From NCBI GenBank assembly GCA_030390025.1, contig CM059438.1, forward strand, positions 53,570,001 through 53,634,000: a DNA stretch of 64,000 nt, read 5' to 3'. The notes under the pieces are model-generated. The model worked only from the letters and a program-made list of their open reading frames with translations. It had not been told where the DNA came from and did not search any database. Below are positions 1 to 12,200 of the stretch, piece after piece (position 1 is the stretch's first letter; each line of letters begins with the position of its first letter). This DNA comes from Squalus acanthias. Its lineage: Eukaryota. The translations under genes and the position numbers were made by a program.

Positions 1-3000
1 GGGACTGTGGGTCTGTGTGTGGAGACCCGGGACTGTGGGCCTGTGTGTGCGGAGACCCGGGACTGTGTGTCTGTGTGTGTGGGGACCCGGGACTGTGGGT
101 CTGTGTGAGGAGACCCGGAACTGTGGATCTGTGTGTGTGGAGACCCGGGACTGTGGGTCTGTGTGTGTAGAGACCCGGGACTGTGGGTCTGTGTGTGTGG
201 AGACCTGGGACTGTGGGTCTATGTGTGTGGAGACCCGGGACTGTGTGTTTGTGTGTGTGTGGAGACCCGGGACTGTGGGTCTGTGTGTGTGGAGACCCGA
301 GACTGTGGGTCTGTGTGTGGAGACCCGGGACTGTGGGTCTGTGTGTGTGGAGACCCGGGACTGTGGATCTGTGTGTGTGGAGAACCGGGACTGTGGGTCT
401 GTGTGTGTGGAGACCCGGGAATGTGGATCTGTGTGTGGAGACCCGGGACTGTGGATGTGTGTGTGTGGAGACCCGGGACTGTGTGTCTGTGTGTGTGGAG
501 ACCCGGGACTGAGGGTCTGTGTTTGTGGAGACCCGGGACTGTGTGTCTGTGTGTGGAGACGCTGGACTGTGGGTCTGTGGTGAACCGGGACTGTGGTTCT
601 GTGTTTGGAGACCCGGGACTGTGGGTCAGTGTGTGGAGTCCCGGGACTGTGGGTCTGTGTGTGTGGAGACCTGGGACTGTGGGTCTGTGTCTGTGGAGGC
701 CCGGGACTGTGGGTCTGTGTGTGGAGACCTGGGACTGTGGGTCTGTGTGTGTGGAGACCCAGGACTGTGGGTCTGTGTGTGTGGAGACCCGGGACTGTGG
801 GTCTGTGTGTGTGGAGACCCGGGATTGTGGGTCTGTGTGTGTGGAGACCCGGGACTGTGGGTCTGTGTGTGTGGAGACCCGGGACTGTGGGTCTGTCTGT
901 GTGGAGACCCGGGACTGTGGGTCTGTGTGTGTGGAGACCCGGAACTGTGGATCTGTGTGTGGAGACCCGGCACTGTGGGTCTGTGTGTGGAGACCCGGGT
1001 CTGTGGGTCTGTGTGTGTGGAGACCCGGGACTGTGCGTCTGTGTGTGTGGAGACCCGGGACTGTGGGTCTGTGCGTGTGGAGACCCGGGACTGTGGGTCT
1101 GTGTGTGGAGACCCGGGTCTGTGGGTCTGTGTGTGGAGCCCCGGGACTGTGGGTCTGTGTGTGTGGAGACCCGGGACTGTGGGTCTGCGTGTGTGGAGAC
1201 CCGGGATTGTGGGTTTGTGTGTGTGGAGATCCGAGACTGTGGGTCTGAGTGTGTGCAGCCCCGGGACTGTAGGTCTGTGTGTGTGGAGACCCGGGACTGT
1301 GGGTCTGTGTGTGTGGAGACCCGGGACTGTGAGTCTGTGTGTGTGGAGATCCGAGACTGTGGGACTGTGTCTGGAGACCAGGACTGTGAGTCTGTGTGTG
1401 GAGACCCGGGACTGTGGGTCTGTGTGTGCGGAGACCCGGGACTGTGGGTCTGTGTGTGGAGACCCAGGACTGTGGGTCTGTGTGTGGAGACCCGGGACTG
1501 TGTGTCTGTGTGTGTGGAGACCCGGGACTGTGGGTCTGTGTGCGTGGAGACCCGGGACTGTGGGTCTGTGTGTCTGAATACCCAGGACTGTGAGTCTGTG
1601 TGTGTGGAGACCCAGGACTGTGGGTCTGTGTGTGTGGAGACCCGGGACTGTGGGTCTGTGTGTGTAGACCCGGGACTGTGGGTCTGTGTGTGTAGAGACC
1701 CAGGACTGTGGGTCTGTGTGTGTGGAGACGCGGGACTGTGGGTCTATGTGTGTGGAGACCCGGGACTGTGTGTCTGTGTGTGTGTGGAGACCCGGGACTG
1801 TGGGTCTGTGTGTGTGGAGACCCGGGAATGTGGGTCTGTGTGTGTGGAGAACCGGGACTGTGGTACAGTGTGTGTGGAGACCCGGGAATGTGGATCTGTG
1901 TGTGGAGACCCTGGACTGTGGGTCTGTGTGTGTGGAGACCCGGGACTGTGTGTCTGTGTGTGTGGAGACCCGGGACTGTGGGTCTGTGTTTGTGGAGACC
2001 CGGGACTGTGGGTCTGTGTGTGGAGACCCAGGACTGTGGGTCTGTGTGTGTGGAGACCCGGGACTGTGTGTGTGGAGACCCGGGACTGTGGGTCTGTGTG
2101 TGTAGACACCCGGGACTGTGGGTCTGTGTGTGTGGAGACCCGGGACTGTGGGTCTGTGTGTGGAGACCCGGGACTGTGGGTCTGTGTGTGTGGAGACCCG
2201 GGACTGTGGGTCTGTGTGTGTGGAGACCCGGGACTGTGGGTCTGTGTGTGTGAGACGCGGGACTGTGGGTCTGTGTGTGGAGACCCGGGACTGTGGGTCT
2301 GTGTGTGGAGACCCGGGACTGTGGGTCTGTGTGTGGAGACCCGGAACTGTGGATCTGTGTGTGTGGAGACCCGGGATCTGGGTCTGTGTGTGTAGAGACC
2401 CGGGACTGTGGGTCTGTGTGTGTGGAGACCTGGGACTGTGGGTCTATGTGTGTGGAGACCCGGGACTGTGTGTTTGTGTGTGTGTGGAGACCCGGGACTG
2501 TGGGTCTGTGTGTGTGGAGACCCGAGACTGTGGGTCTGTGTGTGGAGACCCGGGACTGTGGGTCTGTGTGTGTGGAGACCCGGGACTGTGGGTCTGTGTG
2601 TGTGGAGAACCGGGACTGTGGGTCTGTGTGTGTGGAGATCCGGGAATGTGGATCTGTGTGTGGAGACCCGGGACTGTGGGTCTGTGTGTGTGGAGACCCG
2701 GGACTGTGGGTCTGTGTGTGGAGACCCTGGACTGTGGGTCTGTGTGTGTGGAGACCCGGGACTGTGTGTCTGTGTGTGTGGAGACCCGGGACTGTGGGTC
2801 TGTGTTTGTGGAGACCCGGGACTGTGGGTCTGTGTGTGGAGACCCAGGACTGTGGGTCTGTGTGTGTGGAGACCCGGGACTGTGGGTCTGTGTGTGGAGA
2901 CCCTGGACTGTGGGTCTGTGTGTGTGGAGACCCGGGACTGTGTGTCTGTGTGTGTGGAGACCCGGGACTGTGGGTCTGTGTTTGTGGAGACCCGGGACTG

Positions 3001-5791
3001 TGGGTCTGTGTGTGGAGACCCGGACTGTGGGTCTGTGTGTGTGGAGACCCGGACTGTGTGTGTGGAGACCGAGACTGTGGGTCTGTGTGTGGAGACCCGG
3101 GACTGTGGGTCTGTGTGTGTGGAGACCGGGACTGTGGGTCTGTGTGTGTGGAGACCCGGGACTGTGGGTCTGTGTGTGTGGAGACCCGGGACTGTGGGTC
3201 TGTGTGTGTGGAGACCCGGGACTGTGGGTCTGTGTGTGGAGACCCGGGACTGTGGGTCTGTGTGTGTGGAGACCCGGGACTGTGGGTCTGTGTGTGTGGA
3301 GACCCGGGACTGTGGGTCTGTGTGTGTGGAGACCCGGGACTGTGGGTCTGTGTGTGTGGAGACCGGGACTGTGGGTCTGTGTGTGTGGAGACCGGGACTG
3401 TGGGTCTGTGTGTGGAGACCCGGGACTGTGGGTCTGTGTGTGTGGAGACCCGGGACTGTGGGTCTGTGTGTGGAGACCCTGGACTGTGGGTCTGTGTGTG
3501 TGGAGACCCGGGACTGTGTGTCTGTGTGTGTGGAGACCCGGGACTGTGGGTCTGTGTGTGTGGAGACCCGGGACTGTGGGTCTGTGTGTGGAGACCCAGG
3601 ACTGTGGGTCTGTGTGTGTGGAGACCCGGGACTGTGGGTCTGTGTGTGGAGACCCTGGACTGTGGGTCTGTGTGTGTGGAGACCCGGGACTGTGTGTCTG
3701 TGTGTGTGGAGACCCGGGACTGTGGGTCTGTGTGTGTGGAGACCCGGGACTGTGGGTCTGTGTGTGGAGACCCGGGACTGTGGGTCTGTGTGTGTGGAGA
3801 CCCGGGACTGTGGTCTGTGTGTGGAGACCCGGGACTGTGGGTCTGTGTGTGGAGACCAGGGACTGTGGGTCTGTGTGTGGAGACCCGGGACTGTGGGTCT
3901 GTGTGTGTGGAGACCCGGGACTGTGGGTCTGTGTGTGTGGAGACCCGGGACTGTGGGTCTGTGTGTCGTGGAGACCCGGGACTGTGGGACTGTCGTGTGG
4001 AGACCGGACTGTGGGTCTGTGTGTGTGGAGACCCGGGACTGTGGGTCTGTGTGTGGAGACCCGGACTGTGGGTCTGTGTGTGTGAGACCCGGGACTGTGG
4101 GTCTGTGTGTGTGGAGACCCGGGTCTGTGGGTCTGTGTGTGTGGAGACCCGGGACTGTGTGTCTGTGTGTGTGGAGACCCGGGACTGTGGGTCTGTGTGT
4201 GTGGAGACCCGGGACTGTGGGTCTGTGTGTGTGAGACCCAGGGACTGTGGGTCTGTGTGTGGAGACCCGGGACTGTGGTCTGTGTGTGGAGACCGGGACT
4301 GTGGGTCTGTGTGTGTGGAGACCCGGATTGTGGTCTGTGTGTGTGGAGACCCGGGACTGTGGGTCTGTGTGTGTGAGACCCGGGACTGTGGGTCTGTGTG
4401 TGGAGACCCGGGACTGTGGGTCTGTGTGTGTGGAGACCCGGGACTGTGGGTCTGTGTGTGGAGACCCTGGACTGTGGGTCTGTGTGTGTGGAGACCCGGG
4501 ACTGTGTGTCTGTGTGTGTGGAGACCCGGGACTGTGGGTCTGTGTTTGTGGAGACCCGGGACTGTGGGTCTGTGTGTGGAGACCCAGGACTGTGGGTCTG
4601 TGTGTGTGGAGACCCAGGACTGTGTGTGTGGAGACCCGAGACTGTGGGTCTGTGTGTGTGGACACCCGGGACTGTGGGTCTGTGTGTGTGGAGACCCGGG
4701 ACTGTGGGTCTGTGTGTGGAGACCCGGGACTGTGGGTCTGTGTGTGTGGAGACCCGGGACTGTGGGTCTGTGTGTGTGGAGACCCGGGACTGTGGGTCTG
4801 TGTGTGTGAAGACCCGGGACTGTGGGTCTGTGTGTGGAGACCCGGGACTGTGGGTCTGTGTGTGGAGACCCGGGACTGTGGGTCTGTGTGTGCGGAGACC
4901 CGGGACTGTGTGTCTGTGTGTGTGGAGACCCGGGACTGTGGGTCTGTGTGTGGAGACCCGGAACTGTGGATCTGTGTGTGTGGAGACCCGGGACTGTGGG
5001 TCTGTGTGTGGAGCCCCGGGACTGTGGGTCTGTGTGTATGGAGACCCGGGACTGTGGGTCTGTGTGTGTGGAGACCCGGGACTGTGGGTCTGTGTATGTG
5101 GAGACCCGGGACTGTGGATCTGTGTGTGGAGACCCGGGACTGTGGGTCTGTTTGTGTGGAGACCCGGGACTGTGGGTCTGTGTGTGGAGACCCTGGACTG
5201 TGGGTCTGTGTGTGTGGAGACCCGAGACTGTGTGTCTGTGTGTGTGGAGACCCGGGACTGTGGGATTGTGTGTGTGGAGACCCGGGACTGTGGGTCTGTG
5301 TGTGGAGACCCAGGACTGTGGGTCTGTGTGTGTGGAGACCCGGGACTGTGTGTGTGGAGACCCGGGACTGTGGGTCTGTGTGTGTGGACACTCGAGACTG
5401 TGGGTCTGTGTGTGTGGAGACCCGGGACTGTGGGTCTGTGTGTGGAGAACCGGGACTGTGGGTCTGTGTGTGTGGAGAGCCGGGACTGTGGGTCTGTGTG
5501 TGTGGAGACCCGGGACTGTGGGTCTGTGTGTGTGGAGACCCGGGACTGTGGGTCTGTGTGTGTGGAGACCCGGGACTGTGGGTCTGTGTGTGTGAAGACC
5601 CGGGACTGTGGATCTGTGTGTGGAGACCCGGGACTGTGGGTCTGTGTGTGGAGCCCCGGGACTGTGGGTCTGTGTGTGCGGAGACCCGGGACTGTGTGTC
5701 TGTGTGTGTGGAGACCCGGGACTGTGGGTCTGTGTGTGCGGAGACCTGGGACTGTGGGTCTGTGTGTGTGGAGACCCGGGACTGTGGGTCT
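1..5791. repeat. Tandem satellite/minisatellite, unit ~28-30 bp (GGAGACCCGGGACTGTGGGTCTGTGTGTGT)
   Basis: Unit repeated continuously from base 1 to 5791 with a variable (TG)n length; the long ORFs here in all frames are repeat artefacts. Confidence 0.98.
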
Positions 5792-7398
5792 TGTAGAATT
5801 CACAAATTATCGCAATTTCGAAATAACGAGATAGAGACATACAGTTTCGTAAAAACAGCTTTTTTTCAGCAAAATGCTGTCAGGTTCAAAAATGGACACA
5901 AGAAGCCTCTAAAATGGCCGCCGCGCCTCGTCGCAGAAGGTTCCAGATTTTTCAGTAGGCAGACAAGATGGCGTTTCAATAAACATTTCAGCAAGATCGG
6001 ACAGTGCTCAGCATATTGATATAAGACAAGACGCGATCGTTTTGCATTTCTAACACCTAAGCAAGAAATATAAGTGTTGGAATTGCTTTTCCATACACAA
6101 ACGGGGGCTATTGTACTGGGCAATCAAGGGCCCATCCAAAGACATTGATACGCAAATTCCCCGCGGCTCTACGATGAGAGAGCCGTTCGCGGGTACTCAC
6201 AACAAGAATTCGGAGGCCCCCAAAACCCCTCCAGGGAGACTCCTTGCCGGTTCCACAATGGGAGAAATATTAACGGGTACTTAGACAGTTTCAAGTATCA
6301 CCGAAACCCATTAACGACAAGAACCACCCCATACAAGAAGTTTGAGCGCCAAAACATGACAAAAGATGAACATTAAGTTTGGGCGGGAGATAAGGAGTTA
6401 CAGTACTATAACTGTAGTGTCCAAACACCCATCGCTCTCTTATCCTTTTCATTCGCTTGGAATCGTCTCTTGGCTATTCTCCCGGACGACCGTTACTCTC
6501 TCTTGTTCCGCTGACCCCTTTTGGGGTCGACCTCGTGGCGCGCTGCAAAATCGGGTGCACCATCCCGAAGGTCGGTAAACGGTGTCTGGACCCGAAGGCC
6601 CGAGGAGATGAGATGAGATGAGAAGAGAAGAAGAAGAATCCACGTGCCGTCAGTAAACCCCGACCGCGCCCGAAAATATATAGACCATTTTTGAACTCTA
6701 TAGGTTACTGCACGAACTGACACAGGAAGACTTTTCTTCGAATTCTATCGAACTGGTGTCGATCCAGAAAGACTTTTCTTTGAGTTCTACAGCCGGGCCC
6801 GAGCACTGTCGAGTTCTTCATGACAACGGGGAGCCCAGCCTGCTTGCAACAGCAGAGTGAGTAAACAAGTGGGGTACAGAGACCCCTGATCAACACGTGA
6901 ATAGTCAGGTGCTGTGGCGAAAACATCCGACCATCGTTTTAGTATTCTCCGAGTTATCACGAGTGGTGAGCATGGTTCTCGATCCTACAGATCTAGATTA
7001 GGACAGGTATTAATAGGGGAGGGTTTTTGTTTTAAGGATAATTATAATGTGTGTCCCCTTTTACGATGTGTCGTGCGCTCCTCGTTTCCCTAAACCTAGT
7101 TGCATAAATGTATGTAAGCTTGTACTGTCATTAATCTGTGCTTATGACATGTATTTCGTAATCTTGAACAATATGCAATAAAGATTTTCCATTTCGTACT
7201 ATTCAACCGGGTCTACCTGAGTTTTCTCTGCATTACTGGTCTCGCACCTAAGTCCAGTGTCAGAACCGTAAGGGCGAGTGGGTCGAACCACTCACAGGTG
7301 TCTAGTGCTACCAGACTGGCTGGAGACCAGAACAGGCAACAAGTCCTAACCCCGCACTAGCACCCAGGCTAAGCACAGAGCCACCCGAACCCCTTACA
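5792..7398 (+). repeat. 5' LTR of element A (1607 bp)
   Basis: Starts TGTAGAATTC and ends CCCTTACA; colinear with the reverse complement of the B LTRs; AATAAA near 7178 is conserved in B. Confidence 0.92.
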
Positions 7399-7402
7399 GG
7401 AA

Positions 7403-9227
7403 ATGGCGACCACGAAGGGACATTGGCAGCGAGAAAGTAATGTGTTAGACCCTGGTATGAATGGGCCAAATGTTATGGAAGAGAGAATAGCCGATTATGT
7501 GTTTGGTAAGGTTAATTTGACTAAGAGATGGATAAGTGACCTGTTGGTGGATAAGCGTCCGCTAGACGCAGCCATCAGGTGGACAGGCAGTAAAGAACAC
7601 AGAAAATCGGTAGAGAAAGCGGTCTGGCTGATGTGTTATAAAAGGCAAGTCCAGCTTTCGGACCAGGTCATCGTAGCGCAGGCAGCTCAGATCAAGGGTT
7701 TGGAGGTGGAGATGGAGGAAAAGGTCACGGGGGGGGCAGCAGCTCATCGCGTCCTTAAATGCGTTGCATCAGGAACGCCAGTTAGTCGCCAACCACCATG
7801 AGGCGAAAATAGATTACCTTGAGTGCCAGGTCACTGAGGCAAAATTAAATGAGGGTAGAATCAGGGAACGGTGTGCCCGCCTAGCTGCTCAAATAAAAGC
7901 CCAGGAAGAGAGCTTAAAGGGAGTTAGGGTGGCATATAAGATGGCCCTCGAAGATAAACATGAGGGGGCCGACCACAGCGTCTGCCAGAGAGAGATAGGG
8001 AACCTTAAAGAGGCCCTGAATAAAGCGCACGGCATGGTGTGCCTTATCAGCCCGTCAGCACACCAGCCGCCGGTGGGTGGGGAATTCCAAAAATCCCTAC
8101 CAAACAAAACAGAGGAGGTATTTGCCACTGTGCCCTCCGCGCCACCCAGCTATTCGGCAACCTGGGTAAGGGAGGAAGTGGTAGAAGTAGAGGAAGAGGT
8201 CCCCGAGGTAGTACAGCCCCCTGAGGTAGTAGTGAAGCCGGGACCGTTGTGTCCGGTCACGGGTATCAAGAGGGGCCCGAACGGAGAAGGTGGAGAAGAG
8301 GGGAATCTCCTCAACCAGCTTGTGTTGCCTCACAGCTCACACCAGTTGAGGGCTATGATCAGTCACGTACGGAAGCTGTCCGAGTCAGACGATCCTTCTG
8401 TACATTTCAGGGAGGTGGAGCAGACCGCAGCCATTAACGGCTGCGACGATGGGGAAAGGGCTAAAATGCTGCTGTTCTCCTTAGACAGCTCGCTCCTCCA
8501 GTGTCTCTCAGACGCGAGTAAAAGGGGTAATAGGACCTATGAGGAGTTAAGAGAGGAGGTCCTAGAAGTGTTGGGGGCGGACGACGAAGGTCCGTTTGTT
8601 AGATTGGGACAGACTATGCAGATGGAGGGAGAACCCCCGAAGGTTTTCACCGACAGGCTGTGGCCGGTATATCAGCGTAGCTGCCCAGGCGCACCAGCGC
8701 GTCGCCGCATAGACGGTGTCGGTTTAGCTCACTGGCTCAGATGTTTAGTAGCCAACAGCTTGCCAACCGTCAGGGAGCAGGCCAAAGTGTGGTTTGACCC
8801 CACTAACCCCATCACAACTGAGGAGTCGGTCTTAAACCAACTCACGGTAGGGTACCATAATACTAGGAGTACGGGAGCACGTCCCCTTAAGGGAAAGGTG
8901 CATGAGGCACGGCCCACCGCCCCGGCTCAAAAGGAGTGGCATCAGGAGGGAAATCGCATCCCACAAGCCAGTAATGCTTGTTTCGGGTGCGGAAAGACAG
9001 GGCACTGGCGCAAGAACTGCAGGAACCCTTGGAAGGAGTCCAGGGATAAAAATCCCGCAGCCCGAGCCCAGGCGCCTGCCTCCTATAAGGGAGCTGGTGT
9101 GCATATCCATCCCGATGCGATAGAATCAATGCTGGGAGCCATGCGGACCCTCATGATTTCGCAAGGAAGGGTGGCAGTCGCTACCGGCCCCGCAGATGCC
9201 GCAGCCCCGTCCGCCGGTACCCAATGA
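7403..9227 (+). pseudogene. gag: gag of element A, with a +1 frameshift in the G8 run at 7729-7736
   Basis: ORFs 7403-7801 and 7764-9227 join into a homologue of B's 603-aa Gag if one G is removed; coiled-coil N-terminal region, PSAPPSY, CFGCGKTGHWRKNC knuckle. Confidence 0.88.
7404..7421 (+). promoter_or_regulatory. Primer-binding site, tRNA-Arg (TGGCGACCACGAAGGGAC)
   Basis: 5 nt after the LTR end; 18-nt complement of GTCCCTTCGTGGTCG+CCA, the 3' end of vertebrate tRNA-Arg(TCG/CCG) as I recall it. Confidence 0.88.
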
Positions 9228-12200
9228 CTAGAGCCCGCACAGCCCGTCTACCTGTGTCCGCTCAGCTATGATGCGTGGAAACGACCCCTGGTGGAGATGG
9301 AGGTAGAGAAGCAGAAGGGTAGTTATTTGTTGGACACGGGAGCTTCATGCACCGTGATTCATACGGATAGACCCTTTGACTCACCACTGTCTACCAAGGT
9401 CCCATACACATTAGCGGGGTTCACGGGAAAAGAGCAGGCTGGTGCGTTCTCCATTCCGCTCTCCATTCATTTAGGAGCACTCCACACCACGTGGAAGTGC
9501 ATACTGATGAAATGGCAAGAGGGGGGTGGGAGAGGCATCCTTGGATCAGATCTCCTATCGGAGCACGGGATCCTCGTGGACCTTAGGAATCACTGTCTCT
9601 GGGGAGCCAAGGGTGGAAAAGGCAAGGTAGTGGTAATCCCGGGGGAGGAAGGTAAAGGGGCCCTGTGTACCATGAAGCCATCCGGAGGCTACGACCTCGG
9701 GCTTATGGTCGCGGATGTCCCAACGGACATGCAGACGTACGTGTCAGATAATATGCACACGTTTGCAACCCACAAGCACGATTGTGGGAGGGTTACCGGG
9801 TTTGAGGTCAGCGTAGACGGGGACCCCATGACCCGGCCCCAAAAGCAGTATAACTTCCCCAAAGAAGCAGAACCCGATATGGAGACAGCAATGTCCTCCT
9901 TGGTGCAGCAGGGCGTGTTGAGGCCGATAGCCACACACGTGAACTCCCCATTATGGCCGGTTAGGAAGCCGGATAATTCGTGGAGGGCCACGGTGGACTA
10001 CAGAGTCCTCAATAGTAACATTCCCGCCTGCGCGCCCATGGTAGCAGCAGTTGCTGACCTAATAGGGAGTATCTCAGCGTCCGCGACCACGTTCACGGTG
10101 CTGGATATCTCGAACGGTTTTTGGTCCATCCCGCTGCGGCGAGAGGACCAGTACAAGTTTGCCTTTACTTTTAAAGGACAACAGTACACATGGAACTGTT
10201 TGCCACAGGGTTTCCACAACAGCCCCAGTATTTTCCATCAGTGTATGGCAGGAAGTTTAAAGGAGTTTAGTCAGCCCAATCAGATAGTGCAGTACGTGGA
10301 TGATTTGCTCCTATTTACGGACTCAAGGGAGGAGCATGGACCACTACTGGCCGAGTTTTTGGAGCTGCTAGCGAGAAAGGGTTTTAAAGTTAACCCTAAG
10401 AAAGCACGTATCGGTCAGCAGGAAGTAAAATTCCTGGGGCTGACCATTCGCGCTGGGGAAAGAGCCATAGATAAGGCTAGGAGGGAGTCGGTGCAAGAGT
10501 TACCGATTCCCAACACCATAAGGGGTGTGAGGTCCTTTTTGGGACTGACCCGTTACTGCAGAGACTTCATAGAAGACTATGCGGCCACAGTAGCGCCGCT
10601 GCTCCGACTCCTCCATAAGGGAGTGGAGTGGTCTTGGGACGAGGGCTGCCAGGCAGCCTTCGAGAAGTTAAAAAGGAATTTGCAGACCGCAGCAGCTTTA
10701 GGGGCCATAGATGGGGGGAAGGAGTTTTTCCTGGAGGTAGCTGCCAGCGGAGACGGCTTGAGCGCTGTGCTGCTCCAAGAGCGTCACGGCAAGCTGAGGC
10801 CGGTTGTCTATTCGTCCAGGGTGTTAACGGATGTGGAGAGGAGTTTCTCCAATTGCGAAAGGCATCTTTTAGCCACGCATTGGGCTGTGAAAAGATCAGC
10901 AATCTTCACAGGGCTCTCTCCCATCACTCTCCTCACCCATCACACACCAACTAAGATGCTTCTAGATGGGAGGATTAAGGATGGGACCGTAAGCAGCGCT
11001 CGAATTGCGCGCTGGACCCTTCTCCTTTCCCAGATGGATCTTAGAGTTAAAGGTCTTTGCGAGCCCAGGCTTGCGGCCAATTTGGTATACCCCGGTACAG
11101 CCCACCAGTGTTTGGTGGAGGGGGTGTGGGAAGTCAACATAGGTTTGCGGGCCGGGATACATCCCACAGGGCGCAAAATTTATGTTGATGGATCCAGCAC
11201 AGTGTCCGCTGGCGAACGACTCACAGGGTGTGGAGTTTATGACCCTGCGGCAAACCTTGCCCTGGCGATTAAGCTCCCCAGCACCATGAGCGCGCAGCAA
11301 GCTGAGCTGTCTGCGGTGGCGTATGTCGTTACCCACCCAGAAACTTTCCCAACCCCATACACGATTTGCTCGGACAGTATGTTCACATGCAATTCGTGTA
11401 CGGAATACCTGGCCATTTGGTCCCGCCGTGGATACACCTCCGTGGACGGGCGACCTTTAACGGTGAAGCCCTTGCTGGAAAAGGTCCTAGCAGCAGTAGG
11501 GGAGGAAGGGGAGATTTTCATCCATAAGGTGAAGGCTCACTCCTCCACAGAGCCCCGTGGGGAGGGCAACCAGCAGGCGGATGCGCTAGCCAGGGAGGGT
11601 GCCCGTAACGGCATTTTCTGGGACCCCTATGGGCCCGGACCAGTGGCAGCGATCCAAGGCAGGGACGGGAATCCCGGGAACACCAGGGTAGCATTGCCCC
11701 TAGACCTTAAGACCGTCCAGAACCAGGATCCCGCCCTAAAAGCAGTTCTCAGAACCATTGCTGAGGGCAAGCAGGTAGAGGGCCCGTACAGTACGGCAAC
11801 CCTCTCCGTTAAAGAAGGCATGCTGTTCCGTGAGCAGCAGTGGGTTGTGCCGCAGCAGCACAGGAGGGAATTCCTCCAGTTGGCTCATGAGGGGCCGGGG
11901 GCAGGGCACCCCGGGCCCGAGGTTACCTGGCAACGGGTAGAGCAGGCGGGATGGTGGCCGGGACTCAGGGAGCAGGTCCGCGAGTTCTGTGCAAGCTGTC
12001 TCGTGTGCGCTGCAAACAACCCAGACCCCCAGAAAAGGAAAGTGCCCATGGGGCACATCAGGAGGGTGGAGGGACCATGGCAGTCGATACAGATCGATTA
12101 CATAGGGCCCCTGCCCACCACCCAGGGAGGCTACAAATACTGCCTCGTCTTGGTGGATGTGTTTTCCAAATGGGTAGAAGCTTTCCCCTGTAAAACAGCT

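Noticed and set aside
1..5791. CRISPR-like or telomeric array
   Set aside because: No unique spacers, no TTAGGG, and the context is eukaryotic.
17..6019. Very long Cys/Val- or His/Thr-rich ORFs (up to 1873 aa)
   Set aside because: Open in all frames because the satellite unit lacks stop codons; no domain content.
6674..6684. TATA box (AAATATATAG) in LTR A
   Set aside because: Not conserved at the matching position in the B LTRs, so the transcription start cannot be assigned.
7729..7736. Programmed frameshift in gag A
   Set aside because: B is open across this site; one extra G in a homopolymer is better explained as mutation or sequencing error.
9225..9231. Selenocysteine insertion at the viral gag UGA, linked to the nearby SelU gene
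   Set aside because: No SECIS recognised in the provirus; the CUAG context already explains readthrough, and proximity is probably coincidental.
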